64,000 nt of DNA from an uncultured Chloroflexia bacterium (GTDB taxonomy: Bacteria; Chloroflexota; Limnocylindria; QHBO01), in NCBI GenBank assembly GCA_963811145.1, contig CAWEQC010000004.1, positions 527,752 through 591,751 on the forward strand. The letters are read 5' to 3'. The notes under the pieces are model-generated. The model made no database searches, was not told the origin of the DNA, and saw nothing but the letters and a program-made list of their open reading frames with translations. Shown piece by piece: positions 1 to 8,398 of this stretch. The translations under genes and the position numbers were made by a program. Every line of letters starts with the position of its first letter. The first letter of the stretch is position 1.

Positions 1-113
1 CCGACGTGCCAACCGCACTCCAGCCGGCCAAGAAGCACGTTCGAGCCTCCGACGAGGCCGCGCGGCTGCCTCGGGCCCAGGTCTACGGCCTCAAGAAGGG
101 CAGCGCGCGCTAG
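1..113 (+). CDS. C-terminal fragment of an unidentified protein (gene starts left of the window)
   Basis: Open phase with high third-position G+C ends at TAG 111-113 (...PAKKHVRASDEAARLPRAQVYGLKKGSAR*). Its stop shares a CTAG with the convergent ABC ATPase stop. No domain recognised. Confidence 0.3.
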   Translation, partial: DVPTALQPAKKHVRASDEAARLPRAQVYGLKKGSAR

Positions 114-964
114 CGGTCGAGGAACCGGCGCAGGAAGTGGGTCGTCTCCTCGTGACGTGGGTCGTTGAGGACCTGCTCGGGCGGACCCTGCTCGATGATC
201 CTCCCGTCCTCCATGAACACGACCCGATCGGCGGCCTCCTGGGCGAAGTGCATCTCGTGCGTCACCACGATCATCGTGGTTCCGCTGTGGGCGAGGTCCT
301 CCATGACCCGCAGCACCTCGCCGATCAGCTCTGGATCCAGGGCGGATGTGGGTTCGTCGAACAGCAGCACCTTGGGCTCCATGCACAGCGCACGGGCGAT
401 GGCGACTCGCTGCTTCTGTCCGCCAGACAGGCGCGCGGGGTACTCGCTCCGTTTCTCGGCCAGTCCCACGACCTCGAGGTAGTAGTCCGCGCGCTGCGTT
501 GCCTCTGCGCGTGGCGTCGCCCTCACGCGCATCGGTGCCTCGATGCAGTTCTCGAGGACGCTCATGTGCGGGAACAGGTTGAACTCCTGGAAGAGCATGC
601 CGGCCCGAAGGCGCATCTGGCGGATCTGCTCCTGGTGCCTGCGGCTGCGGGCACGCAGCGGTTCGGCCTCGAGCTTGAGCCCATCGATCTCGACCGAACC
701 CACCGTCGGCTCCTCGAGAAAGTTGATGCAGCGGAGGAGCGTCGTCTTGCCGGAGCCTGAGCGGCCGATGATCATCACCGCCTCACGCTGCCGGATCTCG
801 AGGTCGACCCCGCGCAGGACGTGGTTGTCGCCGAAGTACTTCTCCAGCGCCTTGACCTTGACGATCGGCTCGCCGACGTGGGTGGGCAGGGCGGAGCCCT
901 CGTCGTACCCGCTCGTGCTCGATGCCGGCCGATCGCTGACATCGGGAAGCGGCTGGTCCGTCAT
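110..964 (-). CDS. polar amino-acid ABC transporter ATP-binding protein
   Basis: Walker A GRSGSGKTT, signature LSGGQKQRVAIARAL, Walker B LLFDEPTSALD, H-loop VVTHEM. ATGA start/stop overlap with the upstream permease. Confidence 0.92.
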   Translation of the reverse strand: MTDQPLPDVSDRPASSTSGYDEGSALPTHVGEPIVKVKALEKYFGDNHVLRGVDLEIRQREAVMIIGRSGSGKTTLLRCINFLEEPTVGSVEIDGLKLEAEPLRARSRRHQEQIRQMRLRAGMLFQEFNLFPHMSVLENCIEAPMRVRATPRAEATQRADYYLEVVGLAEKRSEYPARLSGGQKQRVAIARALCMEPKVLLFDEPTSALDPELIGEVLRVMEDLAHSGTTMIVVTHEMHFAQEAADRVVFMEDGRIIEQGPPEQVLNDPRHEETTHFLRRFLDR

Positions 965-1839
965 CGGTCACCGCGCGCCATGCGCCGCTCGAGCCGCGTC
1001 TGGAAGAAGCTGAACACGATCGTCAGACCCCAGTACACGAGCGCCGCGATGATGAAGGCCTCGAGGGTGTGAAGCGTCGGCCGACCGGCAGTCTCCGCTC
1101 GCCACAGGACCTCCTGGACACCGATGAGCGAAACGAGAGCGCTGTCCTTGATCATGGCGATGAACTCGTTGCCAATCGCCGGGGTCACGATCCGGACCGC
1201 CTGGGGTAGGACGATGCGGCGAAAGATGTGTCGCTCGGTCATGCCGAGTGCGGCCGCGGCCTCCGCCTGCCCACGCGGGACGGCCTGGATGCCTGCGCGG
1301 AAGATCTCGGTCATGTACGCGCCGTAGTTGAAACCGAGCGCGATCACCCCCGCCGCGATCGCCGGGAAGATGAGCGCCTTCGAGATCTGCGGCAGCGAGA
1401 AGAAGATGATGTAGATCTGGACGATCAGTGGTGTGCCCCGCACCAGCGACACGTAGAACGAAGCGATCGCATGCAAGAACGCGTTCGATGAGAGCCGCCC
1501 GAGGGCCCCAACGAGGGCCAGGAACGTCGCCAGGATGATCGACAGAACGCAGACGAGGATCGTGATCCCCGCGCCACCGAGGATGTACGGCGCCCAGGTC
1601 CCGATCCAGTCGGAGTCGATGTTGTCCGTCGCCGCAAAGGCGATGACGAGTCCGACCAGGATGGAGATCCAGACGAATGCGAACGTCGTCCGGAACCCGA
1701 ACCTGGCGCGACGCTTGGCGGCCTCGATTTCATCGAGGATCGGGGCCCTGGCCTTCCGTTCCACGATCTCGGCAGACAACGGACTGGTTCCCTCCAGGCG
1801 GTCGCGGAGAGACGAAGGACGGGAGGCGCCTCTCGGCAC
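961..1839 (-). CDS. polar amino-acid ABC transporter permease (HisM/GlnP type)
   Basis: Multi-TM protein with the family-typical cytoplasmic loop ALGMTERHIFRRIVLPQAVRIVTPAIGNEFIAMIKDSALVS. GTG 1839 sits behind GGGAG; the start could lie further in. Confidence 0.85.
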   Translation of the reverse strand: MPRGASRPSSLRDRLEGTSPLSAEIVERKARAPILDEIEAAKRRARFGFRTTFAFVWISILVGLVIAFAATDNIDSDWIGTWAPYILGGAGITILVCVLSIILATFLALVGALGRLSSNAFLHAIASFYVSLVRGTPLIVQIYIIFFSLPQISKALIFPAIAAGVIALGFNYGAYMTEIFRAGIQAVPRGQAEAAAALGMTERHIFRRIVLPQAVRIVTPAIGNEFIAMIKDSALVSLIGVQEVLWRAETAGRPTLHTLEAFIIAALVYWGLTIVFSFFQTRLERRMARGDR

Positions 1840-1873
1840 CTCCCGTCATTGTCGTCGCGCGACGGTCAGGCGG

Positions 1874-2764
1874 CTACTCCGTAACCGAGTAGTCCACGCC
1901 TTCGAACCACTGCTCACTCAGGGACGTCAGCGAGCCATCCGAGTGCATCTCCTCGATGATGCGATCCAGCTCGTCCTGGAGGGCTGAGTGCTCGGGTGCC
2001 GACTTGTCGGTCGCCACGGCCAGAGGCTCGAAGAAGACCGGATCGCCGACCTCGACGAATTCTGCTCCAGCGGCAATCGCCGCCTGGGCGGTCGTGATCG
2101 AGGTGAGCCAGCCTGTGAAGTCGGTCCGGCCGGACGCGATCGCATCGGCACACTCGGTGTCCGTTGAGAAGGTCGTGACAGTCGCACCCTCCGGCGGTGG
2201 AGTCGGGTCGGGAGCTCCGATGAGCGTCAGCGTTCCTTCGATCCAGGATTGGTACGTCGTCGCCTCACCAGTGCAGATCACCTCGCCGGCGAGGTCGTCG
2301 AGCGATGTGATGCCGGACGCGATGGTCGCGGTCATCTGGGCGGGCGTGTAGTAGTAGGGGACCGTGAAGTCGAGGACGCCGTCCCGCTCCTCGGTGATCG
2401 TCACCGAGCCGACGCTGATGTCGAATCGCTCGGCCCAGCCCCCGGCGACGACCTCTGCGAAGTCGGGCGTGGCAAATTCGACCTCGACGCCGAGCTCTTC
2501 GCCGATGCGCAGCGCCACGTCGATATCGAATCCTTCGAATGTCCCGTCCGGCAGAAGCTCGGACTGTGGCGGATATGCCGGATCGGTTGCAACGCGGATC
2601 ACGCCCGCATCGCAGATCGTCGCCAGCATGTCGCCGTCCGGGGCGGTCGCACAGGCGCCCTCAGCCCCTCCGACGCTCGCCGATTCGCCGGTACCGGCCG
2701 GCTGGCACGCGGCCAGCACGAGCATCGCGATCGGTATGAGCGCGATGCGTCGCATCTTGTCCAT
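1874..2764 (-). CDS. amino-acid ABC transporter substrate-binding lipoprotein
   Basis: Start moved from the ORF-track 2908 to ATG 2764, directly behind GGAGGAGAG. Signal peptide with lipobox LVLAAC. Family-3 solute-binding-like body (IRVATDPAYPP, FEGFDIDV). Confidence 0.8.
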   Translation of the reverse strand: MDKMRRIALIPIAMLVLAACQPAGTGESASVGGAEGACATAPDGDMLATICDAGVIRVATDPAYPPQSELLPDGTFEGFDIDVALRIGEELGVEVEFATPDFAEVVAGGWAERFDISVGSVTITEERDGVLDFTVPYYYTPAQMTATIASGITSLDDLAGEVICTGEATTYQSWIEGTLTLIGAPDPTPPPEGATVTTFSTDTECADAIASGRTDFTGWLTSITTAQAAIAAGAEFVEVGDPVFFEPLAVATDKSAPEHSALQDELDRIIEEMHSDGSLTSLSEQWFEGVDYSVTE

Positions 2765-2889
2765 CTCTCCTCCAATGCGGGCACGCCGATGCCTTGCCGG
2801 CGTCCATCGGTGCAACTCGGATCGGCACGTTGTAGCACTTCGCCACCTCTTGCGGCAAGGAAACGCGCCTTCGTCGGTACACTCTGCGC

Positions 2890-3990
2890 ATGACGAGCAC
2901 CCTCCCAACCACGCCCCTCAGCCGCGCGGCGACGCTGCCGTCGCGTTACTACGTGGATGCCGCGATCCTCGCGGCCGAGAAGGACCGCATCTTCGGGCGA
3001 ACCTGGCAGCTGGTCGCACGGACCGATGAGCTCCAGCGAGTGGGCGACTTCGTTCCCGTCACCGTCCTCGACGAGCCGGTCGTCATCACCCACGGCCTGG
3101 ATGGTCAGCTGAACGCCTTCTACAACGTCTGCCGTCACCGGGCCGGGCAGGTCGCGCTGACCCGCGGCAACCGGAAGTCGCTCCAATGCCGGTATCACGG
3201 CTGGACGTATGGGCTGGACGGCACCCTCCGCGCGTGCCCGGAGATGGAGGAGACCGAGGACTTCGACAAGGCCGATTTCGGCCTGGTGCCGGTCCGGGTC
3301 GAGACCTGGGGGCCGTTCGTGTTCGTCAACCTGGACGCATCGGCGCCTTCGTTGCTGGAGGTGATGGGCGCCATTCCTGGCGAAGTCGCCCGGTCCGGCT
3401 ATGACGTCGACCACATGCGCCTGGTGGAGCGGCGCGAGTACGTCGTCGAGTGCAACTGGAAGGTCTACGTCGACAACTACCTCGAGGGCTACCACCTGCC
3501 GATCGCGCACCCGCAGCTGTTCAAGGAGCTCGATTACGACAGCTATCGCGTGGAGGAGTTCCGCTACTACTCCAAGCAGCACGCGCCCATCCGGGAGCTG
3601 AAGCCGGGTGAGGAGCTTGGTGTTGACCGTCGCTACATGCGTCAGCCCGGCGCCGAGGACTCAGCGCTCTACTACTGGCTGTTCCCGAACACGATGTTCA
3701 ACGTCTACCAGGACAACATGTCGTCGAACGTGATCCTGCCGCTTGGGCCGGATCGGACGCTGACCATCTTCGAGTGGTTCTTCGCCGATCCGGGAACGGC
3801 CGAGGGCTGGGAGTCGATGCAGCAGGCGATCGCCTTCTCCGATGAGATCCAGCAGGAGGACATCGTCATCTGTGAGCAGGTGCAGCGCGGCCTCCGCTCG
3901 CGCGCCTACGACTCCGGCCGGTTCAGCGCCAAGCGCGAGAACGGCGTCTACCACTTCCAGAACCTCGTCCGCGAGTTCCTCGGGGAGTAG
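2890..3990 (+). CDS. Rieske [2Fe-2S] non-haem-iron oxygenase, alpha-subunit type
   Basis: Rieske motif CRHRAG-x16-CRYHGW and mononuclear-iron motif NYLEGYHLPIAHP. Divergent from the ABC operon. Confidence 0.87.
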   Translation: MTSTLPTTPLSRAATLPSRYYVDAAILAAEKDRIFGRTWQLVARTDELQRVGDFVPVTVLDEPVVITHGLDGQLNAFYNVCRHRAGQVALTRGNRKSLQCRYHGWTYGLDGTLRACPEMEETEDFDKADFGLVPVRVETWGPFVFVNLDASAPSLLEVMGAIPGEVARSGYDVDHMRLVERREYVVECNWKVYVDNYLEGYHLPIAHPQLFKELDYDSYRVEEFRYYSKQHAPIRELKPGEELGVDRRYMRQPGAEDSALYYWLFPNTMFNVYQDNMSSNVILPLGPDRTLTIFEWFFADPGTAEGWESMQQAIAFSDEIQQEDIVICEQVQRGLRSRAYDSGRFSAKRENGVYHFQNLVREFLGE

Positions 3991-3997
3991 GTTCCTC

Positions 3998-4264
3998 GTG
4001 ACGTGGGAGGAGGTCCTCGCGCTCGCTCGCCGTTTCGAGGGCCAGAGGCTCGAGACGGTCACCGGCAAGGGCTTCACGGTAGGGATCTACCTGGACTGCC
4101 CATTCTTCACGCCCGAGTCGAGCGGGTACGGCCAGAGCGACGGCCGCAAGGCCGGCGAGCGATTTCTTACGCGATACAACGAGATCGGCAGCCTCCGTCC
4201 CGGCGACTACGCCGACCTCACCCGCAACGCCTCCTATTACGTGGCGCTCGTCGCCCGCGCGTAA
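3998..4264 (+). CDS. hypothetical protein (88 aa)
   Basis: GTG 3998 lies 8 nt after the Rieske stop. Coding-like composition (VTWEEVLALARRFEGQRLETVTGKGF...). No domain recognised. Confidence 0.45.
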   Translation: MTWEEVLALARRFEGQRLETVTGKGFTVGIYLDCPFFTPESSGYGQSDGRKAGERFLTRYNEIGSLRPGDYADLTRNASYYVALVARA

Positions 4265-4277
4265 CCGCCACCCCGAC

Positions 4278-4493
4278 GAACAGTCCAGATTCACATGAGG
4301 CGTGCGTCGTGCCGGCAATGGGCCTCCAGGAGAGGCCGGACTCACGCGTGGTGTGAATCTGGACGCTTTGGAGCCCGCTGGCCGCGCCTGATACGTGCCG
4401 TTGAACGGTCCCATTCACGCCCCGGGTGAATCTGAACCGTCCTGACCCAACCGGGCGCCGTTGTTGGTCACCTGATGTGAATCCGGACGGTTC
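4278..4493. repeat. cluster of six 17-nt GTGAAT boxes (two partial copies of a palindromic intergenic element)
   Basis: Boxes sit at 4278-4294(-), 4329-4345(-, degenerate), 4353-4369(+), 4402-4418(-), 4426-4442(+) and 4477-4493(+). Two box(-)-7nt-box(+) centres are present, including the perfect ATTCAC-N7-GTGAAT at 4413-4431. Confidence 0.85.
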
Positions 4494-4512
4494 GCTGCGA
4501 TACCCTCCACCC

Positions 4513-5367
4513 ATGACCGATGCGCCACCAACCCGCGGCGATGGAAAGCTGACCGTCGCCCTCATCTCCGAGGTGTACTGGGAGCCCGATGGCGCCCAGC
4601 GCCTGAGGGAACGCCTCGCCGAGGCCGCGGATCGAGGGGCGGACCTCGCCGTGCTGCCGGAGCTTCCGCTGAACCGGTGGAGCCCATCGACGAAGGAGCC
4701 ACGGGACGAGGACGCCGAGGGAATGGACGGCGAGCGGACACGGGTGCAGGCCGAGGCGGCGGCCGAGGCGGGCATCGGTCTGGTGGGGGGCATCATCCAC
4801 CGGGAATCCGGCAAGGGACGAAGAACGAGCCGCGCGCTGGTGTTCGATCGGGCGGGCAACCTGAAAGCCACGTACGAGAAGCTGCACCTCCCCGAGGAGG
4901 AGGGCTTCTGGGAGACGAGCCACTACGAGCCGGGCACCGAGGCGCCGAAGCGGATCGACGCGTTCGGCGTGCCGATCGGCGTGCAGCTGTGCTCGGACAA
5001 CAACCGTCCCGAAGGCACGCATCTGCTCGGCGCGCAGGGCGTGGTCGCCATGATCAACCCCCGCGCCAGCGAGGAGCGCGAATACCAGCGATGGAAGATC
5101 GTCTGGCGCGCCAACGCGCTGACGAGCTGCTGCTACATCCTGAGCGTCAACCGGCCGCACCCCGAGAACGGCGTGCTGATCGGCGGGCCGAGCGTCGCCA
5201 TCGATCCGAACGGCAACACGGTGGTCGAGACGACCGACACGCTGGCGCTCGTCACCCTGGACGAGCAGGTCGTCGCCGATGCGCGACGTGACTACCCCGG
5301 CTACCTGCCGGTGCGGGCGCGCCTGTACGCCGATGCGTGGGCGGAGATCGCCGGCCGGGACGGGTAG
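4513..5367 (+). CDS. carbon-nitrogen hydrolase (nitrilase superfamily)
   Basis: Start moved to ATG 4513. Catalytic E-K-C context is present: LPELPL, YEKLHLP, GVQLCSDN. Confidence 0.85.
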   Translation: MTDAPPTRGDGKLTVALISEVYWEPDGAQRLRERLAEAADRGADLAVLPELPLNRWSPSTKEPRDEDAEGMDGERTRVQAEAAAEAGIGLVGGIIHRESGKGRRTSRALVFDRAGNLKATYEKLHLPEEEGFWETSHYEPGTEAPKRIDAFGVPIGVQLCSDNNRPEGTHLLGAQGVVAMINPRASEEREYQRWKIVWRANALTSCCYILSVNRPHPENGVLIGGPSVAIDPNGNTVVETTDTLALVTLDEQVVADARRDYPGYLPVRARLYADAWAEIAGRDG

Positions 5368-5379
5368 GGAGCGAGCGGC

Positions 5380-6109
5380 TCAGCCCTCGGCGAGGCGGAA
5401 CTGGCCCTTGGCGAGCAGGACGTCGCCGGTGTAGATCCGCATCTCGTACAGCCCCGGGCCCCAGTCCCTGACGAAGCTCCCCGCGTCGCCGGCCACGAAT
5501 CCGGCCAGCGACGACGCCGGGTCGACCCTCAGCTGGTTGCCGGCGGCCCCCACGATCTCATCGCCGTCGGTTCCGTCGTCGTTGATGCGGATGACCTGCT
5601 CGCCGATGGTCGCCACGCCGAACGGGGTCGGTGGAGGCGATGGAGTGGGCGAAGACCATGCCGGGCGTGAACGTCTCGACCGGCTCGATGACCTGGTTGT
5701 TCGCGTCGAGCCGCTCGCCGAACACGACGGTGGCGGGAAGCGGCGGCGGCGGAGTCGGAGTGACCGCCACCGAGGCCGTTGCCGATGGCGCCTCGGAGGG
5801 AGCCTCCGTCGGCGAGGGAGTCGGCGTCGGGGTGGGAGCCGCGCCGATGGTCGGGTCGGTGGGGTTCAGGCTCGAGACGAAGAGGCCGAGCAGCAGTGCG
5901 CCGATGATGGTGCCGATGACGGCGGCGAGCGAGATGAGCGAATCACGGTCGGTGGGATAGCGTCCGGTCGGTGCGATGCGCGCCTCGCCATGCCGGAGAA
6001 CGACGCCGCAGGAGCGGCAGACCTGTGCCCATGCCGGATTCGCGCGGCCGCAATTGAAGCAGTCGACGGTCTCGTCGGTCATCGGGGTCGCACAGTCCTC
6101 CTCAGGCAT
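5380..6109 (-). pseudogene. zinc-ribbon / single-TM / PT-linker protein, frameshifted (one extra base near 5624-5627)
   Basis: The 5' part (6109-5558) encodes CFNCG...CRSCG, a TM helix and a PTPTPSPTE linker. The reading continues in the 5616-5380 frame (FGVATIGEQVIRINDDG...). Total length is 3n+1, and the junction is at a C4 run on the coding strand. Confidence 0.6.
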
Positions 6110-6306
6110 CGGCCGCTGGCGGCGCGAAGCCTAGCATGCAGGTGGCCGCCGGCGGTGAGAACGCCGACGGCCGGGTGGACGACCCCGCAACGGGTCGGCC
6201 GCCGCAGAGTCTACCCGCCCGGGCGTGGCCCGTTCGTTGGCCCGTCTCATGCATCGGCAGGGAATATGCGAGCTGGCCCGATCGCGCAGTGCTACCGTAG
6301 CGCGCC

Positions 6307-8355
6307 GTGACGCGATCTCGGCAACCACCACCCGACGACAGTCGGGTCGACCCCCTCCTCGAAGTCCGCGAGAAGCGACGCGGCAAACGCCCAGGCGATG
6401 CCTATGTCCGCATCGTGCGGCCGTTCGAGGACGCCTTCCAGAAGGGCGGCGATGAGGGCGAGCTGATCGCCACCGAGCGCACCGTGCTCGAGCGCCCCGG
6501 GTGGACCCGCCTGATCCGGCGCATCCGAACGATCCTGATCGGCCGGCCGATTCATAGCGAGCGGGAGGAGCACGAGCGCCTCACGAAGCTCAAGGGACTG
6601 GCGATCTTCTCGAGCGACAACATCAGCTCGTCGGCCTACGGACCCGAGGAGATCATGCGCGTGCTGGCCCTGGCCGGGACCGGCGCGCTGAGCCTCACCC
6701 TCCCGCTCGCCGGCCTCATCACCGTCATGCTGGCGATCGTCACCGTGTCGTATCGGCAGACGATCAAGGCCTATCCGAAGGGCGCGAGCAGCTACATCGT
6801 CGCCAGCGACAACCTCGGCAGCACGATGGGCGTGCTCGCAGCGGCCGCCCTCCTCATCGGCTACGTGGTGACCGTCGCCGTGTCGGTGTCCGCCGGCGTG
6901 GCGGCGATGACCTCGATCCTTCCGCAGATCCACGACGGTCGCGTCTGGATCAGCGTGGCGCTGGTGCTCCTGATCATGCTCGGGAACCTTCGTGGCATTC
7001 GCGAGTCGGGGACGATCTTCATGGTCCCGACGTACGCGTACATCGTCGTCATGCTCGGGATCATCGGCTACGGGGTCGCCCGGGTGACATTCGGCGAGGT
7101 TCCCGCGTTCGCGCCGCCGGCCGGTTGGGAGCCGGTCGAGCAGGGGGCCCAGGCTCTTGGGCTGTTCCTGATCCTGCGGGCGTTCAGCCAAGGGGCCGTG
7201 GCGCTGACCGGCGTCGAGGCGATCAGCGACGGCGTGCCCGCCTTCAAGCCGCCTGAGTGGAAGAACGCCCGGACGACGCTGACCTGGGCCGCAATCGTGT
7301 TCGCCATCCTGTTCGTCGGAATCGCCTACCTGCTCAGCCGGCTCGGGATCCAGCCCGATGGGAGCGAGCAGTACACGGTGCTGAGCCTCCTGGTCCGGAC
7401 CCTGACCGGCGAAGGCCCGATCCTGGTGTTGGCCCAGGTGGCCACCGCGCTCATCCTCGTGCTCGCCGCCAACACGTCGTTCGCCGACTTCCCGCGCCTC
7501 TCCTCGTTCCTGGCGCGCGACGGGTTCCTGCCGCGCCAGTTCGCGTTCCGCGGCGAGCGCCTCGCGTTCACGACCGGGATCGTGGCGCTCTCGCTCATGG
7601 CGATCGGCCTTCTCGTTGGATTCAACGCAAGCGTCAGCGGCCTCATCCCGCTCTACACGCTCGGCGTGTTCATCGCCTTCACCCTGTCCCAGGCCGGCAT
7701 GCTCGTGCGCTGGTGGCGCCGGCACGAGCCCGGCTGGCGCCGCGGCCTGGCGATCAACGGGCTCGGCGCGCTGACGACCGCCGTGGTTGCGCTCGTCGTC
7801 GGCAGCAGCAACTTCTTCCAGGGCTCGTGGCTGGTCATCGTCCTGGTGCCGCTGCTGATGATGCTGCTGCTCGGTATCAACCGGCACTACCGCGACATGG
7901 ACAGGGCGCTCGCCCTCGACCGCATCCCGGATCGGCAGGAGGTTGCGCCGCGACCGATCGTGATCGTGCCGATCTCGAGGCTCGATCGCCCTGCGCGCCA
8001 GGCCATCGCCTTCGCGAACTCGATCAGCCAGGACGCGGTGGCGGTGCACGTCACCAACGACCCGGATGCGGCCGATGCGATGCGCGAGCGCTGGCCGGAG
8101 TGGGCCGGATCCACGGAGCTGGTGGTGGTCGAGTCGCCGTATCGGGCCCTCATCGGTCCGTTGCTGGCCTACATGGACGCGCTCCAGCGACAGGCTCCGG
8201 ATCGGCCAATCCTGGTGGTGCTCGCCGAGTTCGTGCCGAAGCACTGGTGGGAGAACCTGCTGCACAACCAGACCGCCCTCCGGCTCAAGCTGCGGCTCTT
8301 CTCCCGCCGCAACACGATCGTGGCGGACGTTCCCTACCACCCGAACGTCGACTGA
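6307..8355 (+). CDS. kimA: KimA-type K+/H+ symporter (APC superfamily) with C-terminal cytoplasmic domain
   Basis: Full-length resemblance to B. subtilis KimA as I recall it: LIGRPIHSEREEHERLTKLKGLAIFSSDNISSSAYGPEE, ALTGVEAISDGVPAFKPPE, LAANTSFADFPRLSSFLARDGFLPRQF, IPLYTLGVFIAFTLSQ. The C-terminal strings also match: VIVPISRLD..., ESPYRALIGPLLAY, HWWENLLHNQTALRLKLRLF. Confidence 0.85.
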   Translation: MTRSRQPPPDDSRVDPLLEVREKRRGKRPGDAYVRIVRPFEDAFQKGGDEGELIATERTVLERPGWTRLIRRIRTILIGRPIHSEREEHERLTKLKGLAIFSSDNISSSAYGPEEIMRVLALAGTGALSLTLPLAGLITVMLAIVTVSYRQTIKAYPKGASSYIVASDNLGSTMGVLAAAALLIGYVVTVAVSVSAGVAAMTSILPQIHDGRVWISVALVLLIMLGNLRGIRESGTIFMVPTYAYIVVMLGIIGYGVARVTFGEVPAFAPPAGWEPVEQGAQALGLFLILRAFSQGAVALTGVEAISDGVPAFKPPEWKNARTTLTWAAIVFAILFVGIAYLLSRLGIQPDGSEQYTVLSLLVRTLTGEGPILVLAQVATALILVLAANTSFADFPRLSSFLARDGFLPRQFAFRGERLAFTTGIVALSLMAIGLLVGFNASVSGLIPLYTLGVFIAFTLSQAGMLVRWWRRHEPGWRRGLAINGLGALTTAVVALVVGSSNFFQGSWLVIVLVPLLMMLLLGINRHYRDMDRALALDRIPDRQEVAPRPIVIVPISRLDRPARQAIAFANSISQDAVAVHVTNDPDAADAMRERWPEWAGSTELVVVESPYRALIGPLLAYMDALQRQAPDRPILVVLAEFVPKHWWENLLHNQTALRLKLRLFSRRNTIVADVPYHPNVD

Positions 8356-8398
8356 CCACGCGCCGCGGCCCGGCTCGTACCATGCGAGCGTGGAAGAC

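Noticed and set aside
6110-6306. c-di-AMP (ydaO/kimA-type) riboswitch upstream of kimA-1
   Set aside because: I looked for the pseudo-symmetric ACGGGG/CCC-type conserved cores and could not recognise them by eye. Only a small GACCC...GGGTC hairpin is present. A covariance-model scan would be needed, so no claim is made.
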